Source of the DNA: Candidatus Latescibacterota bacterium
Lineage (GTDB): Bacteria; Latescibacterota; UBA2968; GCA-2709665
Length of the DNA stretch: 64,000 nucleotides
Assembly: GCA_965219455.1 (NCBI GenBank)
Contig: OZ244744.1
Span: 512,001 to 576,000, forward strand
Direction: 5' to 3'
Below are positions 61,225-64,000 of this stretch, in pieces; positions within the stretch are counted from its first letter, which is position 1; the number at the start of each line of letters is the position of its first letter. The position numbers and the translations under genes are program-made. Under the pieces are notes generated by a model. It did not search any database, was not told where the DNA came from, and worked only from the letters and a program-made list of their open reading frames with translations.

Positions 61225-63801
61225 ATGCTCGATAGCGAAACAAAACGCCGTATAGATACGGCTCGTGACATCCTGGTCGGTAAGGTGCCCGATCCGAAGA
61301 GCCAGGTCGAGCAGATTACGATCGCGTTGATCTACAAGTTCATGGACGACATGGACGCCGCGAGCGAAGAACTCGGGGGCACGCGGAGGTTCTTCGCCGG
61401 CGAGTTCGCCCGTTTCGGTTGGCCGAAGCTCATGCGTTCCGGCCTCGGCGGTCACGAGATGCTCGGCCTTTATGCCGAGGCGATTGACAGGATGCCTGAG
61501 AACCCGGGCATCCCGCCGCTTTTCCGCGATATCTTCAACAACGCGTACCTCCCCTATCGCGACCCGGAGACGCTCCGAGCTTTCCTTAAGATCATCGACG
61601 AATTCACCTACGACCACAGCGAGCGGCTCGGCGACGCCTTCGAATACCTGCTCTCGGTCCTCGGATCACAGGGCGACGCCGGGCAGTTCCGGACCCCACG
61701 CCATATCATCGACTTCATCGTTGCGGTCCTTGACCCGAAGAAGAGCGAAACCGTCCTCGACCCGGCCTGCGGCACCGCCGGGTTTCTGATTTCGTCGTAC
61801 AAGCATATCCTGGCGGACAATGCCGACGACAAGGGAATTGTTACCCTTACACCCGACGAACGAGAAAGACTCACGGCCAACTTGCAGGGCTATGACATCT
61901 CGCCGGATATGGTCCGCCTGTCGCTGGTAAACATGTACCTGCACGGCTTCCAGGACCCGCACATCTTCGAATACGACACCCTCACCAGTGAAGAACGCTG
62001 GACCGAGTACGCAGACGTGATTCTGGCCAATCCGCCGTTCATGTCGCCGAAGGGCGGCATCCGCCCGCACAACCGCTTTTCGGTGAAATCGAAACGGAGC
62101 GAAGTGCTGTTCGTGGACTACATGGCCGAACATCTCACGCCAGCCGGCCGCGCCGGGATCATTGTCCCGGAGGGCATCATCTTCCAGAGCCAGAACGCCC
62201 ACAAACAGTTGCGCAAGATGCTGGTGGAGGAATACCTGGTGGCCGTCGTCTCCCTCCCCGCAGGTGTCTTTAACCCCTACTCCGGCGTCAAGACATCCAT
62301 CCTCATCCTCGACAAATCCCTGGCGAAGAGGACCGACCACATCGCCTTCTTCAAAGTCGAAAACGACGGCTTCGACCTCGGCGCCCAACGCAGACCGATT
62401 GACAAGAACGACCTGCCGCAGACGCAACAGGCGGCGAAAGAATACATGGAAAATGTGGGGAACATGGATGGACAGGATGGGCAGGATAAAGACGAACCAC
62501 CCCCCTCTCCCGATGAGTCGGTCCTGGAGCAACTCATCCAGCAAGGGGCGGCGCTCATCGTCGAAAAAACAAAAATCGCGGATGGTGGGGAATACAACCT
62601 GAGTGGGGAGAGGTATAGGGAGACAACAAGGATCAGTAGTGCGGTCCCTTTTGTATCAATCGGCGAGATTTGTATTGTCAACCCGCCCAAATCTGAGCTC
62701 ACGGCGTTTCCAACGGATACAACAGTCTCATTTGTGCCGATGTCAGACATCAACGAGAACCAAATCACATTCGTCGCAAAGCAGCAGAAAATTCTAGGTC
62801 AGGTTGGTGCCAGCTACACTTACTTCGCAGACAATGATGTCTTGGTATCAAAGGTGACGCCATGTTTTGAAAACGGCAAAGCTGGGATTGCGAGAAATTT
62901 GAAAAATGGAATTGGATTCGGTTCCAGCGAATTCTACGTGATTCGAGCGTCTGAAGAGGTGCTTCCGGAGTGGGTCTATTATTGCGTTACACATGCGTCA
63001 TTTCGACAAGCCGGTATCGATAATATGACAGGAACAGGTGGACTTCAGCGTGTGCCGCGAAAGTTCATTGAGGATTTCCAAATCCCCCTCCCGTCAATTC
63101 AGTTGCAGCGAGAGATCGTGTCGGAGATCGAGGGTTATCAGCGGGTGATCGACGGCGCGCGCACAGTGATCGACAACTACCGGCCGCATATTCCCATCGA
63201 TCCCGACTGGCCGATGGTGGAGGTCCGTGAAATTTGTACTGTGAATCCCCGAAGATCGGAACTGGCTTCACTTAACGGCACAATATCCGTTTCTTTCGTA
63301 CCAATGGCCGATCTGGGCACCAACACCATGTATTTTGCAAGCCGACAATTCAAAAGTCTTGAGGATGTTGGGGCTAGCTATACTTATTTTAGGGACAATG
63401 ACGTCCTTCTCGCAAAAGTAACGCCGTGTTTTGAGAACGGTAAAGCGGGGATCGCGAACGGCTTGAGGAACGGTATTGGATTCGGCTCAAGCGAATTCTA
63501 TGTGCTTAGACCAACCCACATTGTACTCGCCGAATGGATATTTCTATGCGTCGCTACTGCCACATTTCGTAAATGGGCGACACCGCAAATGACTGGAACC
63601 GGCGGATTGCAGCGCGTGCCAAAAGCCGTATTGGAGAGCTACAGAATTCCCCTACCCTCCCGTGAGATTCAGAAAGGAATCGTCTCGGAAATCAAGAGCG
63701 AACAGGCACTCTTGGATTCAAACCGGACGTTGGTGAATCGGATGGAGAAGAGGATTCGGGCGGCCATCGGGAGGGTGTGGGGAGACGGGAGACAAAGATA
63801 A
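61225..63801 (+). CDS. hsdM: type I N6-adenine methyltransferase fused to a two-TRD specificity subunit (HsdM-HsdS)
   Basis: GQFRTPR, DPACGTAGF, NPPF, then two IPLPS-terminated TRDs. Confidence 0.92.
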   Translation: MLDSETKRRIDTARDILVGKVPDPKSQVEQITIALIYKFMDDMDAASEELGGTRRFFAGEFARFGWPKLMRSGLGGHEMLGLYAEAIDRMPENPGIPPLFRDIFNNAYLPYRDPETLRAFLKIIDEFTYDHSERLGDAFEYLLSVLGSQGDAGQFRTPRHIIDFIVAVLDPKKSETVLDPACGTAGFLISSYKHILADNADDKGIVTLTPDERERLTANLQGYDISPDMVRLSLVNMYLHGFQDPHIFEYDTLTSEERWTEYADVILANPPFMSPKGGIRPHNRFSVKSKRSEVLFVDYMAEHLTPAGRAGIIVPEGIIFQSQNAHKQLRKMLVEEYLVAVVSLPAGVFNPYSGVKTSILILDKSLAKRTDHIAFFKVENDGFDLGAQRRPIDKNDLPQTQQAAKEYMENVGNMDGQDGQDKDEPPPSPDESVLEQLIQQGAALIVEKTKIADGGEYNLSGERYRETTRISSAVPFVSIGEICIVNPPKSELTAFPTDTTVSFVPMSDINENQITFVAKQQKILGQVGASYTYFADNDVLVSKVTPCFENGKAGIARNLKNGIGFGSSEFYVIRASEEVLPEWVYYCVTHASFRQAGIDNMTGTGGLQRVPRKFIEDFQIPLPSIQLQREIVSEIEGYQRVIDGARTVIDNYRPHIPIDPDWPMVEVREICTVNPRRSELASLNGTISVSFVPMADLGTNTMYFASRQFKSLEDVGASYTYFRDNDVLLAKVTPCFENGKAGIANGLRNGIGFGSSEFYVLRPTHIVLAEWIFLCVATATFRKWATPQMTGTGGLQRVPKAVLESYRIPLPSREIQKGIVSEIKSEQALLDSNRTLVNRMEKRIRAAIGRVWGDGRQR
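62462..62490 (+). repeat. CAGGAT repeat in-frame inside hsdM-S
   Basis: ACATGGATGGACAGGATGGGCAGGATAAA, read as MDGQDGQDK. Confidence 0.9.
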
Positions 63802-64000
63802 ACTGGACGAGTATCTCAAGGCTCTACATTGACGTGAATACGTCCGATTCGAAAGAGCAAGTCCAGGGAACGAAATAGGATAGAATTGAAAATAGATCGA
63901 GTGAACATGGATCATTTTAGGGAAAACTTAATCTTGTAGAATTCATTAGACATAAAGCTTAATATTGCCAAATCCGCATCTTTGGCGGAGCAAAATCGAA

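Noticed and set aside
63905-63912. ACATGGAT near the window end
   Set aside because: Only the first 8 nt match, with no CAGGAT units; not counted as a repeat copy

Overview
A GC-rich bacterial chromosomal window from a diderm (it has LptE). The DxDGDGxVxFxDF domain, DUF6785-like membrane protein and rny suggest a Gemmatimonadota/Latescibacterota-like lineage; this is inference. Housekeeping content: thrS-infC-rpmI-rplT, zapB/zapA-rny-ymdB-xseAB, nadK-recN, mqnE-mqnC-mqnA, queE, tRNA-Leu(CAG), and a form-II cox-like S-L-M-G cluster. Catabolic accessory genes are interspersed. Two regions stand out. (1) pheS/pheT are missing from their usual place after rplT. An archaeal/spirochaete-type pheST pair sits at 40-43.6 kb under a Phe (UUC) T-box riboswitch. 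(2) At 55-64 kb a type I R-M locus (hsdR plus a fused hsdM-hsdS) carries about 11 copies of a 9-bp-periodic repeat, ACATGGATnnACAGGATnnRCAGGAT(AAA). Eight copies form four inverted-repeat cassettes, direct copies bracket a GxxExxY gene and supply its ATG, and one copy is translated in-frame inside HsdM. A complete group II intron (59012-60990, minus strand) is inserted exactly at the end of one copy, and its predicted EBS1 loop (CAUGGAU) is complementary to the repeat core. All calls were made by eye, without database searches.
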